Shown here: positions 43,273 through 56,400 of the stretch, piece after piece
How the letters are laid out: every line of letters begins with the position of its first letter
Position numbering within the stretch: the first letter of the stretch is position 1
Assembly (NCBI GenBank): GCA_009914755.4
Contig: CP068257.2
Coordinates: 36,064,001 to 36,128,000, forward strand
DNA from: the human T2T-CHM13v2.0 reference genome, Homo sapiens
Direction: 5' to 3'
DNA length: 64,000 nt
Notes under the pieces: generated by a model
Seen by the model: the letters and a program-made list of their open reading frames with translations, nothing else
What the model was told of the DNA's origin: nothing
Database searches by the model: none
Made by a program: the position numbers and the translations under genes

Positions 43273-44415
43273 CAAGAACAGCATGTGTAAAAGTCTTTAA
43301 AGGCATGAAACAACTTTGGTTGGGAGTGGCACAGATTCTGCACTGCTGGTATGCGGTGTGCGTGGAGGAAATGAAGGGGAATGGGAAATGAGAAAAGAGA
43401 GGTGGATGAAGCCCACGCTGGGCCCTGAAGTCCTCTGTGCTAGACTAAGGAGATTGTTTTTAAACTGGGGAGTGATATGATTGAGTATTTTGAGTGTTTT
43501 AGAAAGGTCTCTGAAGAGCAGTGGTATGGAGTATAGATTAGATGCAAGGGTCGGCAAGCATTCTGTAAAGAGCCAGACGGTAAATACTTTTGCTTAGTCA
43601 ATGTGTTGCTTTCAGGAAACACAGGTCTCTGTTGCATATTAAAAAAAAAAACTTTTTACAACCCTTACAACACGCACAACTATTACTAGCTTTTAGCTCA
43701 TGGGTAACACAGGAAGCGTCTGCAGTCTGGCTTTGAGTCACTGGGCAGTCGGTTGTTGAAGGGTGCCTGTAGGAAGGAGAAATGGCCAGGTGCTGAAATA
43801 AGGAGGCAGCCATGGGAGTGAAGAGATGGCAGTGGATTTGGGGCTAAGAAGTAGAACTGATTTAAGTTGGAGACTAGTGAGTGTGGAGGGGAGTGGGCAG
43901 GAGAATGACCCAATGGCGGTTGGGTAGTATGGTGGTCGAGACAGGAAGAATGGATTTTGGATGGCAGAGGATCATGTTCGTTTGGGCATATTCAGTTTAA
44001 AGTATCTGCAGACATTCAGGTGAGTTCTCCTGTAGGCAACCAGGTGTGTGGGGCTAGAGCTGAGGGCGACCTGGACCTGGAGCAGTTGCAGAGGAAGCAT
44101 TTCTCAAGGGCATTATTCACTGCAGGCTGTGGGACAACTGATTGCCCTCCTGGAAAAAAAATGATGAGTCTTCTCCTTATTCCTTTTATTAGAATAAATT
44201 CTAAAGAGATCAAGGATTTAAAGGCAAAAAATAAAACTACAGAAGTGTAAGATGTCTTAAAAAAAATTCTAAGATTTAGGCAGGCCTTTTTTTAACCATG
44301 ACAGAAATCCAGAAACTATTTTAAAAGAATATTTCTGACAATGTAAAAATTGTAAATGTCTATTAAAAAAACAGGAAAAATATTTACAACACGACACATA
44401 TATATTCCCAGTTTA

Positions 44416-44790
<375 letters not shown>

Positions 44791-45123
44791 TTACCCTAAG
44801 ATTCGCAAAATTTTAAATAAATGACAAATGAGTATGTGAAAGGTGTGTGTTGGGAGAGGAAGTGTAATTTCATACTTGTATGTATTACGTGTAATAGCAC
44901 AGTCTTTCCGGAAGGAAGGGTAAGAGTAGGTATCACAATTTAGAAATGAAAATTCACCTTGGACTGACAATTGAGGGTCATTTATTCTAAGGAATTAACA
45001 TAACAAATATTCATAAATTGTATGCAGGGATGTAGTACAGCCTCTTTTATAATAGTGAAAAATCAGAAACAACCCAAATGTCTATCACCAGAGCATTGGT
45101 TAAACATACTGCTGCAGATATAA

Positions 45124-45694
<571 letters not shown>

Positions 45695-46179
45695 TAGGGA
45701 TCTCTTTCTGTTTTATTCACTGCTAGAGCTCAGGCCCTGGAAAAAGCACGTGGTACATGGAGTAGGGCCACAGCACTTATTTATTGAATGAGTAGGTGTA
45801 TGTTTATTGACCTGGCAAATTGTCCATGCCACAGCATTAAGAGAAGCAGCAGCATAAGAAACATATCGTCTACTTTGCAAATATTGCCATCTTACAGTAA
45901 TGTGTGCATGTTTGTGAATGTGTGTGTATGTGTGTGTGTAAAGAATGAATGTTCTCCAAAGTATAAATTTTGATTAATCTCTGAGTTGTAAGTTTCTGTG
46001 GGTGTCTTTGCTTTCTCTTTTAATTCTTCTATTTAAAAATTTCCCCTAATATGCTTCTACCATCTAAAGAACCAGTAGGAAACATAAATCTATTTCTATT
46101 TTGAATAACCAAAACAAATGCTGCATAGAGCTACTGGGAGCTGTCCATTGGACTTGGCAATAGGGATTCACTAGTGTTG

Positions 46180-46600
46180 TGGATTGAAGGGTTCCCCTCC
46201 AAAGTTCATATCTACCCCAAACCTCAGAAGGTGACCTTATATGGAAATAGGGTCTTTGCAGATATAAATAAGGTAGGGGTCAATATATGATCATATGGAA
46301 TTAAGGTGGGCTCTAAGTCCAATTAGATGTCCTCATAAGAGACGAGCAGAATTCACAGGGACATGGAGAAGCAGCCAGATAAAGACAGAGGCAGAGACTG
46401 CAGAGATGTGGTCTCAAGGCAAGGAACACCCGGAGCCAACAGAAGCTGGAAGAGGCAAGGAAAGATTCTCCCTTTGAGCTTTTGGAGGGAGGGTGGCCTG
46501 CTGACACCTCGACTTTGGACTCTGACCTCTAGATTATGAGAGGATAAGTCTCTTTTGTTTTAAGCTGCCCAGTTCATGGTATTTGTTATGGCAACCCCTG
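46180..46600 (+). mobile_element. 3' half of an ancient MaLR/MER-like repeat
   Basis: Sequence ...gggttcccctccaaagttcatatctaccccaaacctcagaaggtgaccttatatggaaatagggtctttgcagatataa...ctcgactttggactctgacctctagattatgagaggataagtctcttttgttttaagctgcccagttcatggtatttgttatggcaacc. Confidence 0.55.
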
Positions 46601-46780
46601 GAAACTAATAGTAGGGGTGACTTTGGTGATGGTGGTGTTGGTGGAGTGGTGGGGTCTAAGGCAGATTGCAGTGGGTTAAGGAGTGACTCACCTGTGAGGG
46701 AGTGAGGGACGGTGAGTGTAGATGAAGTATTTAAAGGCAGAGAGAGCTGGAGGGGAGCTGAATGGAGTGAGGACTCACGT

Positions 46781-46845
46781 GTGTGTGTGTGTGTGTGCAT
46801 GGATGTGTGTGCATGTGTGCACATGTGTCATGGGTGTATATGTGA
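46781..46845. repeat. (GT)n-based microsatellite, interrupted
   Basis: Sequence gtgtgtgtgtgtgtgtgcatggatgtgtgtgcatgtgtgcacatgtgtcatgggtgtatatgtg. Confidence 0.85.
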
Positions 46846-47215
46846 ACTGGGGGAGTTTTGAATACTTTTACATGTTGAGAAGGAGCCAAAAGGGTTTAGG
46901 TTGATGTTATAAGGAAGAGGGAGAGCCGGTTATAAGGAAGAGGGATAGTCGGGTGTTTGATAGAATAGAAGTCAAGACAAAATGCTGCTGAGACCTCTGG
47001 TAGGAGGGTAGGCTCAAATGGAAAAAGTGATGAACTTCATCCCAGAGTGGTGGCGAATATTTGGGAGGAACGGAGAAAGATGGGGGAGAAACAGAACCTT
47101 GGAGACAGTTCTCTTAGGGTTTGTATCACAAACAAGCCTCAAACTGGCTCATTTTTGAGTGTGAATTTCAAGAATGCTCTATTTCAGTTGATTCATTGAA
47201 TTGAATCTGCATCTA

Positions 47216-47237
47216 GCAACAACAACAACAACAACAA
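47216..47237. repeat. (CAA)n microsatellite
   Basis: Sequence caacaacaacaacaacaacaaa. Confidence 0.85.
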
Positions 47238-47294
47238 ACTGAACTCAGCATAATCACAGATCAAGCAAAGCCTTCTGCATCTTGACTGGTCAAG

Positions 47295-47800
47295 AAAGGC
47301 ATATATAAATGAGTATTTGTATATCCATGTTCATAGCAGCGTTATTCACAGTGGCCAAAAGGTGGTAGCAATTCGAGTGTCCATCAACAGAAAAATGGAT
47401 AAACAAAATGTGTTCTATCCATACAGTGGAGTATTATTCAGCCTTGAAAAGGAAGAAAATTCTAACACATGCTCCCACATGGGTGAAGCTTGAGGACATT
47501 ATGCTCAGTGAAATAAGCCAGACACGAAAGGACAAGTACTATATGATTTCACTTACGTGAGGTTCCTAGAATAGCCAAATTCATAGAGACAAAGCAGAAT
47601 GGTGATTGCCAGGGGCTGGAGCAGGGGGATTGGGGAGTTAATGTGTAATGGGGACAGTTTCTGTTTGGGAAGATGAAGAGTTCTGGAAATGGATGGTATT
47701 TCCATTTACCTTGAATGTATCATTGAAGTGTGCGCTTTAAGAATCGTTAAAATGATAAATTTTATGTTAGGTATATTTTACCACAATGAAAAGGAGATTG
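47295..47800 (+). mobile_element. Ancient L1 (L1MA/L1MB-type) 3' end
   Basis: Sequence ...tgttcatagcagcgttattcacagtggccaaaaggtggtagcaattcgagtgtccatcaacagaaaaatggataaacaaaatgtgttctatccatacagtggagtattattcagccttgaaaaggaag...ggtgattgccaggggctggagcaggggg...gttaaaatgataaattttatgttaggtatattttaccacaatgaaaagg. Confidence 0.75.
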
Positions 47801-47998
47801 TGCTTAAACACAGAAAGCATAAATATATTTAAAATGAGAGATCAGCTTGTGACTGCATTCTTGTCTCATTGCAGGAAGAGCTTACAAAGAGCTACGATGC
47901 TATAGCTCCAGACTGAAAAATGGTGGGATTTTGCCATCATATTGATTCCTGCGATCTTGGATTTATAACCAGTTACTAGTTAGTGATGCCTCTGGGTA

Positions 47999-48035
47999 GG
48001 TATGTGTGTGTGTGTGTGTGTATATATATATGTTT
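47999..48035. repeat. (GT)n(AT)n compound microsatellite
   Basis: Sequence gtgtgtgtgtgtgtgtgtgtatatatatatg. Confidence 0.85.
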
Positions 48036-48648
48036 GAATTGCAAAGCAGATGTAGAGAAAAGCGTATGGAGAGAGACGCTTCCATTTTATGACCTAGACA
48101 CATGTGAGAGATAATTCAGAGCTGTAGTTACAAGTGGAACCAGAAGTTCAAAATCAGTAGTTTCCTTTTGGTCCCTTGCCCTGATGTTTATCCTTTGGCA
48201 TAAGTCCTTATCTGAAGTCTTGCCCATCAGCGACTGGTGATAACACTTGTCATTTGTGTCTGTGTTGTCATGTGAAGGTGAGCTGGTTTTGATTTGCTGT
48301 GTCCCTTGAGCTGTTGTGACTAGGGGAGACTATTCTAATCAGAATTCCAGACAGACCAGAAAGTTTGAAGTCATAGGTGTATGTGGTAGAACAGATCCTA
48401 CATCCCATGAGGACCTGGTGACAGCTTCTAAAGGGTAAAGGGTCCTATTAGCATTTTAGCTTGGGGACCCCACAATGTGAATTTAAATTTAGAATGTCTA
48501 GTACCCACTGCAAGGTCAAAACACTGATGTTGGCTGCTCATGGCATATGGCTGGGTAAAATGTGCAATTTCATTGCTTAAAGGAGATAAACGCCACGTCA
48601 CTCTGGGCTGGATAAAGGAGACAGATATTCAATACCCTGATTCTTCTT

Positions 48649-48941
48649 CTTTTTGGGGGGGGGCAGGGTCTCACTCTGTCACCCAGGCTGGAGTGCAGTG
48701 GTGCGATCACAGCTCACTGTAGCCTCAACCTTCTGGGCCCAAGCAATCCTCCCACCTCAGCCCCCTAAGTAGCTGGGACTATAGGCACGGGCCACCATGC
48801 CTAGCTAATTTTTGTACTTTTTGTAGAGACAGGGTCTTGCCATGATGCTCAGGCTGGTCGTGAACTCCTGAGCTCAAGCGATTCACCCACCTCAACCTCC
48901 CAAAATGTTGGCATTATAGGCGTGAGCCACCATGCCCAGCC
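48649..48941 (-). mobile_element. Alu (older J/S-type), minus orientation, with a 14-bp target-site duplication
   Basis: Reverse-complement Alu consensus. Duplication cctgattcttcttc at 48635..48648 and 48942..48955. The tail is tttttggggggggg rather than pure T. Confidence 0.85.
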
Positions 48942-50421
48942 CCTGATTCTTCTTCAAAGCGATTTCAAGAATCAGGACTGTCTACAGTTAGTTAGAACCA
49001 TTAAGAACCTGTCATGACCATCATGTACAGCGATATAGGTTGTCCGCTAACAAAGATGCCCAGATGAGGGGAGAAAGAGGGTGGAAACCTAGTCAATGCT
49101 TCCCCTGCCAAGACACATGCCCGTTCACAGGGCTGAGTCCACCCAGAGGAAAGGGCACCTGTGGTAATTTGCACAAAGGCACTGTATGGGCTAGCAGCAG
49201 TCCTGCAACCTCAGATGTCATTTACTTCATCCTCCTTTTTTTTTAGATGAACACATGAAGAAAGTGAGGCCCAGGGAAGCCAACAGATTTGCCAGGAGGC
49301 AGAGCTGGAGTGAGCTCCCAGACCTTGGGATCCTAGGCTGTCCGTTCCTCCTTCTGTGTTTCCCTGAAGCAGTGGCTGCTTCAGGCTATTGTCTTGCCCA
49401 GGGACTGTGGAGTTGGTGGTTTCCTTCTGAGAGCAACAAGAAATCTATTGCTCCTGATTCTTCCAGTGTGGAGCTTGGAGACAGCCAGTCCTGGGGAATC
49501 CCAGCTCTGCTGCCCACCAGCCAAGGGACCCGCAGCCTTAAGTCTTCATATGCAAAATAGGGTGAAATTTCCACCTTGCTGGGTTGCTGGGAGAATGAAA
49601 TGACATAATGAACTTTGGGAGCCTGGTGACAAGGTGCTTGGCTATAGTGCCTGGTGGGCCTGGGTTGGAATCCAGTTCTCCCAACTCCAATCTGCAAGTA
49701 TTTGTTCAGGCCACTTCTGCCTCAGAGTCTGTTTCCTCAACTGCATAATGAAAATAATAAGACCTACCTTGAAGAGTTACTGTGAGAAAGAAAAAAATCC
49801 TGCAAGGATGGCACCTGGTCCACAGCAGCCATTGAACAAATGACAGCAATTATGATAGTGTCTGGGTCGAAGAAGGTACACAATTTGTAACTACAATAAT
49901 CACTATTTTTATAAGCTCAACATTGTCCTGGAAACTGTGGGAAATCCAGAAATAATCTAAGAAACAGATGGGCAGACCCATCTGGAAGCTAAGAGCCTGC
50001 TTGGTAACACAAAACCTGCATAGTGCCCCATATCAATGTGCAGTTGCATTCTACACTGTGGACAAGAGGCCAAGAATGTTCTAGTGCATCAGAGACAGAG
50101 GCCAACGGTGGCTGGACTAATTGGCAAAGGCATCACAAAGGAGGTGGGAAATTATTGTGGCTCTGATGTGTGAAAGGGAAAAAGCCAACCCTTACTGAAT
50201 ATCTATTATGTGCCAAGTACTGGGCAGGGCACAACAGCCCACAGGGGGAGTATTGACCCGTCTTACAGATGAGGCAGTGGAGGTGCATAAGGTTCAGTCA
50301 CTTGCTGAAGCTTACATGTCTAATATTCGGTGGGGATAGGAGATTGAACCCTCCATCAAGTTGGTCCCATTCTGAAGCTTGTCTTCTTTCCTTTCTGCCA
50401 TTGCAGATAGATGAGAGAATG

Positions 50422-50468
50422 TGTGTGTGTGTGTGTGTGTGTGTGTTTGTGTGCCTGCATGTGTGTAC
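50422..50468. repeat. (GT)n microsatellite
   Basis: Sequence gtgtgtgtgtgtgtgtgtgtgtgtgtttgtgtgcctgcatgtgtgtac. Confidence 0.9.
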
Positions 50469-53400
50469 AAGGTGAGAAAAAGTGGCAACAAGAAGAATCT
50501 TGCCTCACTCCTGTGTTAATAGAGTAAATTACCCCAGTGGAGCAGAAGAAGTGGAAATAATGGAGTGAAAGATTTAAGGGGCTTGTGTTTGGGATATGGG
50601 TCAACACTAGAGAGAGGATGCTGGGGATGGAGGAGAAGGGATAAGGCTAATAGAGAAAAAAAGACTTTCTAAGATTTGATGGCAGATTAAGATCTGGTAA
50701 GTGGGAAGATCCTGGTGTCTTACAAAATCATAAGTTGGGAAGGGGAACTCGCAGCTAGGGAATAGGATGAACATTTATTGAACACCTACTATGTGCCGGC
50801 ATTGAGCTTTGTAGCTTCACATCTGTTTTCAGCTTTATTCCCTCCCCTTAATAAATCTGTGTGGTAGGCAGCATCATTGATCTGAGAGAGGCTGGCTACC
50901 TTGCCCAAGGTTACACAGCTGCAATTGGGTTTGGTCTTGGGTGATTGCTCTAAGTCTAGGGTACTTTTTATTAACCAAACAGCACAGAAGCATGAAACAC
51001 CCAAGGGTGCTGAGCAGACAGATGGGCTGTCTCAGAGGATGAGAGTATAGAGCAACAATCAAGAATCGAGACCACCAGATACTTCAGGAAGCATCCACAG
51101 ATAGTGCTCAGGAGGAGCAGAGGGTGCAGGCAGTGAGAAGGCGGAGGAGTTAGTGGAAATGAGGGGGCTCTGCTGATAAGAAGAGTCCAGGATGGGGAGG
51201 CCAAGGTGGTGCATTCAGCAAGGGAGAGGCCCTTCCTAGCAAGGAAGGAAACTCCCAGAGACTCTGAATAGGGTGGTCAGGATGGAAGTTCGACTGCAGG
51301 GACAGAGGGTGATGATGGCTGAAGCTGCAAGACACACTCATCTTAGATGAGGAAGGGAGATGGCAGCGTGGCTGGGGAAAACAAGCATGACACCTAGTTT
51401 TCCAAACGAGGGAGGGGAAGCAACCAGTAGAAATGAAGCAGTGGGACATTCTAGAGGGAAAGCAAGAACAAGATCTCCCAGGGATTGGGAAGAAACAGAA
51501 TGAAGGTCAAAGCGTTGCCCTCAGAGAGAAGATGGGCCCCTCCCTGTCTGAGAGACACAATGCCAGGCACAGCAGGGTGTGTGGGGCTGGCCAGACTGGT
51601 CACTCCTGCTCAGAATGTGACAGTTGTTCCAGTCTTTCCAATGGATTGTGGTCACCTATCCTGGAGTGTCCATAAATTAGATCAGACTTTTCAGTCTTGA
51701 AGAGGGGCAGAGAGAAGCGAGAAAGTGATTGCTTGGTTTTCCCACTCCAGTTAAGACACAAGTCGCCCTCTCTTAGATTCCAGAATTGTGGAAAGCCAAA
51801 TCTTCTAAAAAGGTCTGGTGAGCTTTAGAGTGAGGAACGGGGAAGCTATTTCGGAAGAACTAGTCTCTGCATGACTGATGGGCAGGACGTTTCCTCGTCA
51901 ATTTTCTGGGGCAAGACCGATTTGGATTTGCTTTGATTCCACCACGTCATGGGTTCTCACGACAGAGGAAAGAATAGTCAATCCAAACCCTCACATTAGC
52001 CGGAGTTCCAATTTTAGACAGATGTTCCAACCCACTTCCCACAAACCCGCTTCTCTTAAGAATTCTAGCAAGTGGAAAATTGAATTTCATTTTCTCTGCT
52101 GTCCCTCTCCTGGGGATGACAGAAACTGGGTTTTGAAGGAGAAAAAAGGGTCCCAGGTAATTCACCCAGAGCAGTGACCACATAGTTGAGGGTTAAGAAC
52201 AAACTGATCCCCACAACTCAACACCTGTTGGGTAGCTCCACCTGGTACCAGCAAGAAAAGGGGGGGCTGGCAAGCAAGCATTCAAGGGTATTTTCCCTGC
52301 TCTAACAAGGTATGTTTAATTCTACAAGAAAACTGTTATTTCTCTGCATCATTTTCCCTCTTGACTTCACCTTTAATGCACACTCTATAGACGTCCTGTT
52401 GTTTAACTTTGTGCTTGCAGTTAAGTGTTAGCATTTTGAACAAATTAATGCTGACTTCCTCTTTTCCTATAAAGGCTGCACCCTCTGGATGTATTTCAGT
52501 GATTATACTAATTCCTGCATCAATAAAATAGAATTACTTTTACTTAAACGTGGCTTAAATTCCTGGCGATACTTGAGTGGAATGCAAAAGGCCTATGTTT
52601 TGCACTTCATTGCATCTGTGTTGTTCTGGAGAAATCTGCCGTTGGTATTTCGGGGGTCTTTTGAAGAGGAGTCTGCTCTCTGTAATCATTGCCATGTTTT
52701 ATTTGAGCTCTCGGAGATGGGCATTTCCTTTGCCTGGGTTTTGTGGAGGAGACACGCACTAACTAGATTTGGGGTTTCAAAGACTCAGGTCCTCAGATAA
52801 TCACTTGGTACCTGTTCTTTGGCCAGTGGCCAAACATCTCCGCATCTCAGCATCTTTCTTCTAGGGACTGTTGGTCAACAGCTTATGCTACCAACTTCTA
52901 CCCTGAAAAATATTCACTTTTTTAGGGTTTTTTAGGATAAAATAAGAAATTTCTTTTAAAAGAAAGCTTGATGTGTCTTTGAATGGTCTGATGCATTGAA
53001 TAAATTGCATGTCCTTTTTCTAGAAAGCAAATGAAATAATTTTAGTTAAAAGGTTTCATAAGGCAGGTTTCGGTTGATGGGAGCGCAATGTCTCCCTGTA
53101 TGGTCACATACACGACTGTGTTTTGTGAGTGTTGCATTTCCCCAGGTTTCAGAGAAGAAAATGATTCTTTTCCTCCATGGGTCAGACATGTAGGTGTAGT
53201 TCTTCTCTCAGCCTCTGCCTTCATTTCTCAGACAACTTGGTTTCCTGTGAACCAGGCACATGCATGTTCTTCAAAATGGCCCTGGATTGAAGCAGGCCAC
53301 CAGTTTCCATTTAGCCTTAGCTGAATGAGAAGATGTTCAGTCCTGCCAGCTTCATTATCAGCAGGTCTCTTGCATTTTAAGTGTTTTTCTCAATTTGTTT

Positions 53401-56400
53401 GAGTCATCCTGTTGTGTACCCTGAGGCTTTGAGGTACCAGAAGACGGAGGTTGAAATCTTTACAGTAGATGTGGGCTCCTACCTTTCTATTGTGTCAGGT
53501 TCTAGGAATATCATTTTTCTTCTCAAAATGACTTCACTAGCGGGGAGAAACCAGCTGGTTTTTTTCCTGGTAGGGGTGGCTTGAAGATGCTCCCACGGGG
53601 GAGGAATTGAGGGGCTTGTGACTTTGTGCATGGATCTCTGCTCTACTAGTTTGTGCAAAGTGGAGATTGTGCAGACCCTAAAATGTTGTACAGAGGAGAG
53701 CCCAGTCTAAGGGTTCTATAGCGGAGAGAGCACCAGCGAGGAGTTCTTGGATCCAGTGGGCCCCCTCCAATCCCAGGAAGCCTCTATAAATTGATCTGTC
53801 TTAACAAAAAGCCTCAATTTGTAGCATTTGTCAATTTTTGTGGTGTACAAGCTCCCACCATGGCTGACTGCAAACTATCACCTGTTGACCAGCTCACAAC
53901 ATTCCCGCTATTTAACGATCAGCTGTCATGAGCTGATACGAGCTCACTGCAGCACCCCCACTGAAACAAGTCCTACATCCTTGCAGTGGGGGTGAAGGGA
54001 TCCTATTTTGCTGGAAGGTGGTGGGAAGGAGGGGGTGACATGGAAGGGAAATAAAGGGATGCAGGTTTGGGAAAGGTTGCCCACTCTGTCTCCCTCTTGG
54101 AGAGTTCTAGAACAAGTGAGCCTATTAAGGGCTCTGAGAAATCCTATGATTGATATATATAATTGCTTAAATGTGCTTTCCCAAACTCATTTGAGCTTAG
54201 GATAACCTACGCACATCTTGGTTCTGTGGAACGTATTTGATATTTGGTTTGGCGGCTCCTGGAATGAATGACAGGAACGTTGGAGATGGGCACACCCCCA
54301 CTATGCCTTCTTCACGATTCGCTCAGGGCCAGCCCAGCATGTCCCCGTTTCCACCTGACACAGCCCAAAGCTGTCAGCCCAAGCATTCACTGTCAGCATC
54401 CCCTATTGTCCTCAGCGTGCACCGACTCCCGCTCCCTTCCCCTTGCCTCAGTAGAAAGAGACATGACTCAGTCAACCAGCAACAAGCAAAAAGGAGAGTG
54501 ACATATTACCCAAACAGAGGAAGATTCTCTGACACAATGGGAGGTTAGCTTAGACTCTGTTGCTAGACTCAGAGGGTAAGATGAAAGTAAAGGTTCTAAA
54601 ATAGAATCCTATCACCAGAAACGGGGACAGCCTGAGGCTGGGATTACCTACAGACCACCCACGGCGCTTTCACCTTCACCCACTCCAGTTTTTCCCTATG
54701 GGTTTGCAAATGGAATCATTCCATATTCGAGTGCGGTGCTGCTCCTCCAGCTGCCAGGAAGCCCCCAAACCTCAGCACTGTAGGCTCTGAATGTGTTCTG
54801 CATTTATCCCTCCTCCAGCCCTTCTCACTGAAGCTCTCAGCTTGGTGAATGATGACTTGGCAACTAGGGAGGTCGGGGCCAGGGCCAGTGTAGTATCCAC
54901 ATTGGGCTCCACCCCATAGACTCCATGCAAGCCCCCTGACCTTCCCTTGAGAGTGATGTGTATGGGCTGTGGGAGGAAGGGGTGTGTAAAGCCTGTGACT
55001 TTGCTTGGTGGAAACCCACAGCTGGAGGCAGAGGACACAGGGACACCTGCTCTGAATGAGGCCTGGAGCAGCCACGTGGAGGATGCTGAAGGCACAGCTC
55101 CCACCTCTACGGCAGCTGTGGCAGTGGCAGTGGCAGCTGGGGCAGAGCTGGGGAGAATTATTAGGGGAGAAAGAGACACAATCAAACGGCCTTCCTTGAA
55201 AGGTTTCCTAAGGGAAGAGAGCCTGGGGTATGGAGCCCCATCTATGGGATGAGCCATTGGGAAGCACATGGGGTCAGCACTCTGAGAATAATGGAGAATT
55301 CTCCCCCTCCGGGCTCTGACTTTTTCGGTAGCACAGACTTGGGTGAACTTCAGGTGGAGTCTATAGTAAAGTGCAGCCTAGGGGCTTGGCTCAAAACAGA
55401 TGAGCTGAAACGTACATACCTGATGGCTCAAGCACAGGCTTGGAGCCCCATCTCTGCCATTTTGGTCCCATAACTTCTACCAGGCACCTCCTGTGTACCG
55501 AGCCCTGTGCTAGGCCCTGGGGATGCAAAGACCAATAAAACACAAATCCCTGCCAGGGGAACTCAGGGTTCTTTTGTGGCTTAAAACTGGTCTGAGTCTG
55601 GGGGTGAGGGTGGGGTGGGGTAGGAGACATTTTTTTGGAATGAAATAAGACATCCTCTTAAACACTGTTTTGGAGTTGGGAGTCACTGCTTTATGAGCAT
55701 GGGCTTTCCTTTTGGGGTAATGAGAATGTTTTGGAACATGATGGAGTTGTTGGCTGCACAACATCATCAATGTACTAAATGCCTCTGAAATGCACTCTTG
55801 TAAATGGTTAATTTCACCTGAGAAAAGAGAAGTTGCTTTTGATGGTAAAACTCTAGAAGTCCAACACCTCTGGAAGGTCATGTGTCTTCATCTGCCTAAG
55901 CCTGAGAACCAGGGGTGTGCAGGGTAGACATCTGAGAGATAAAGCATGGTGGCATGTCCATCCAGGGCCAGTGTCCCGATGGGGAGATGGAGAGAGGGAG
56001 GCACAATGCAGGGGACTCCTCCATGAGCCTGGGCAGCCTACATCCCAGCCCTGTTAAGGTACTGTTCACCTCTGCAGCCTGCAGCGCTGACAACCATGCT
56101 TGAGGCCAGGTTGGAACATCTGGCAAGCCATTAATACCTGGTGACTGTGATGAATGCCTATGAGCTCCAACTGACTTCAGCATTTCACGGTCACCCTCCT
56201 GGAGGCACCGTCCTTAATAATACTTTTATGCAACTTAGACACGAGTTGCTGCGCTGGGCTGTTGCAGTTGACTGGGGGACAATGTGATTTTTCTCCTGAC
56301 ATGAGTTTCCTAACAAATTACGTTGGGGGCACGATGCTTTTCCTTTTGTGAGATTGGACTTTCTCTTTTATTGTGTGATGTTCTTTTCCTGTGTTGTACT

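Noticed and set aside
54772-55269. 165-aa minus-strand ORF with overlapping plus-strand ORFs in a moderately GC-rich unique region
   Set aside because: No recognisable domain, no splice or Kozak context, and ORFs on both strands, which is typical of GC-rich non-coding DNA. Conservation could be checked, but I see no support for a gene.
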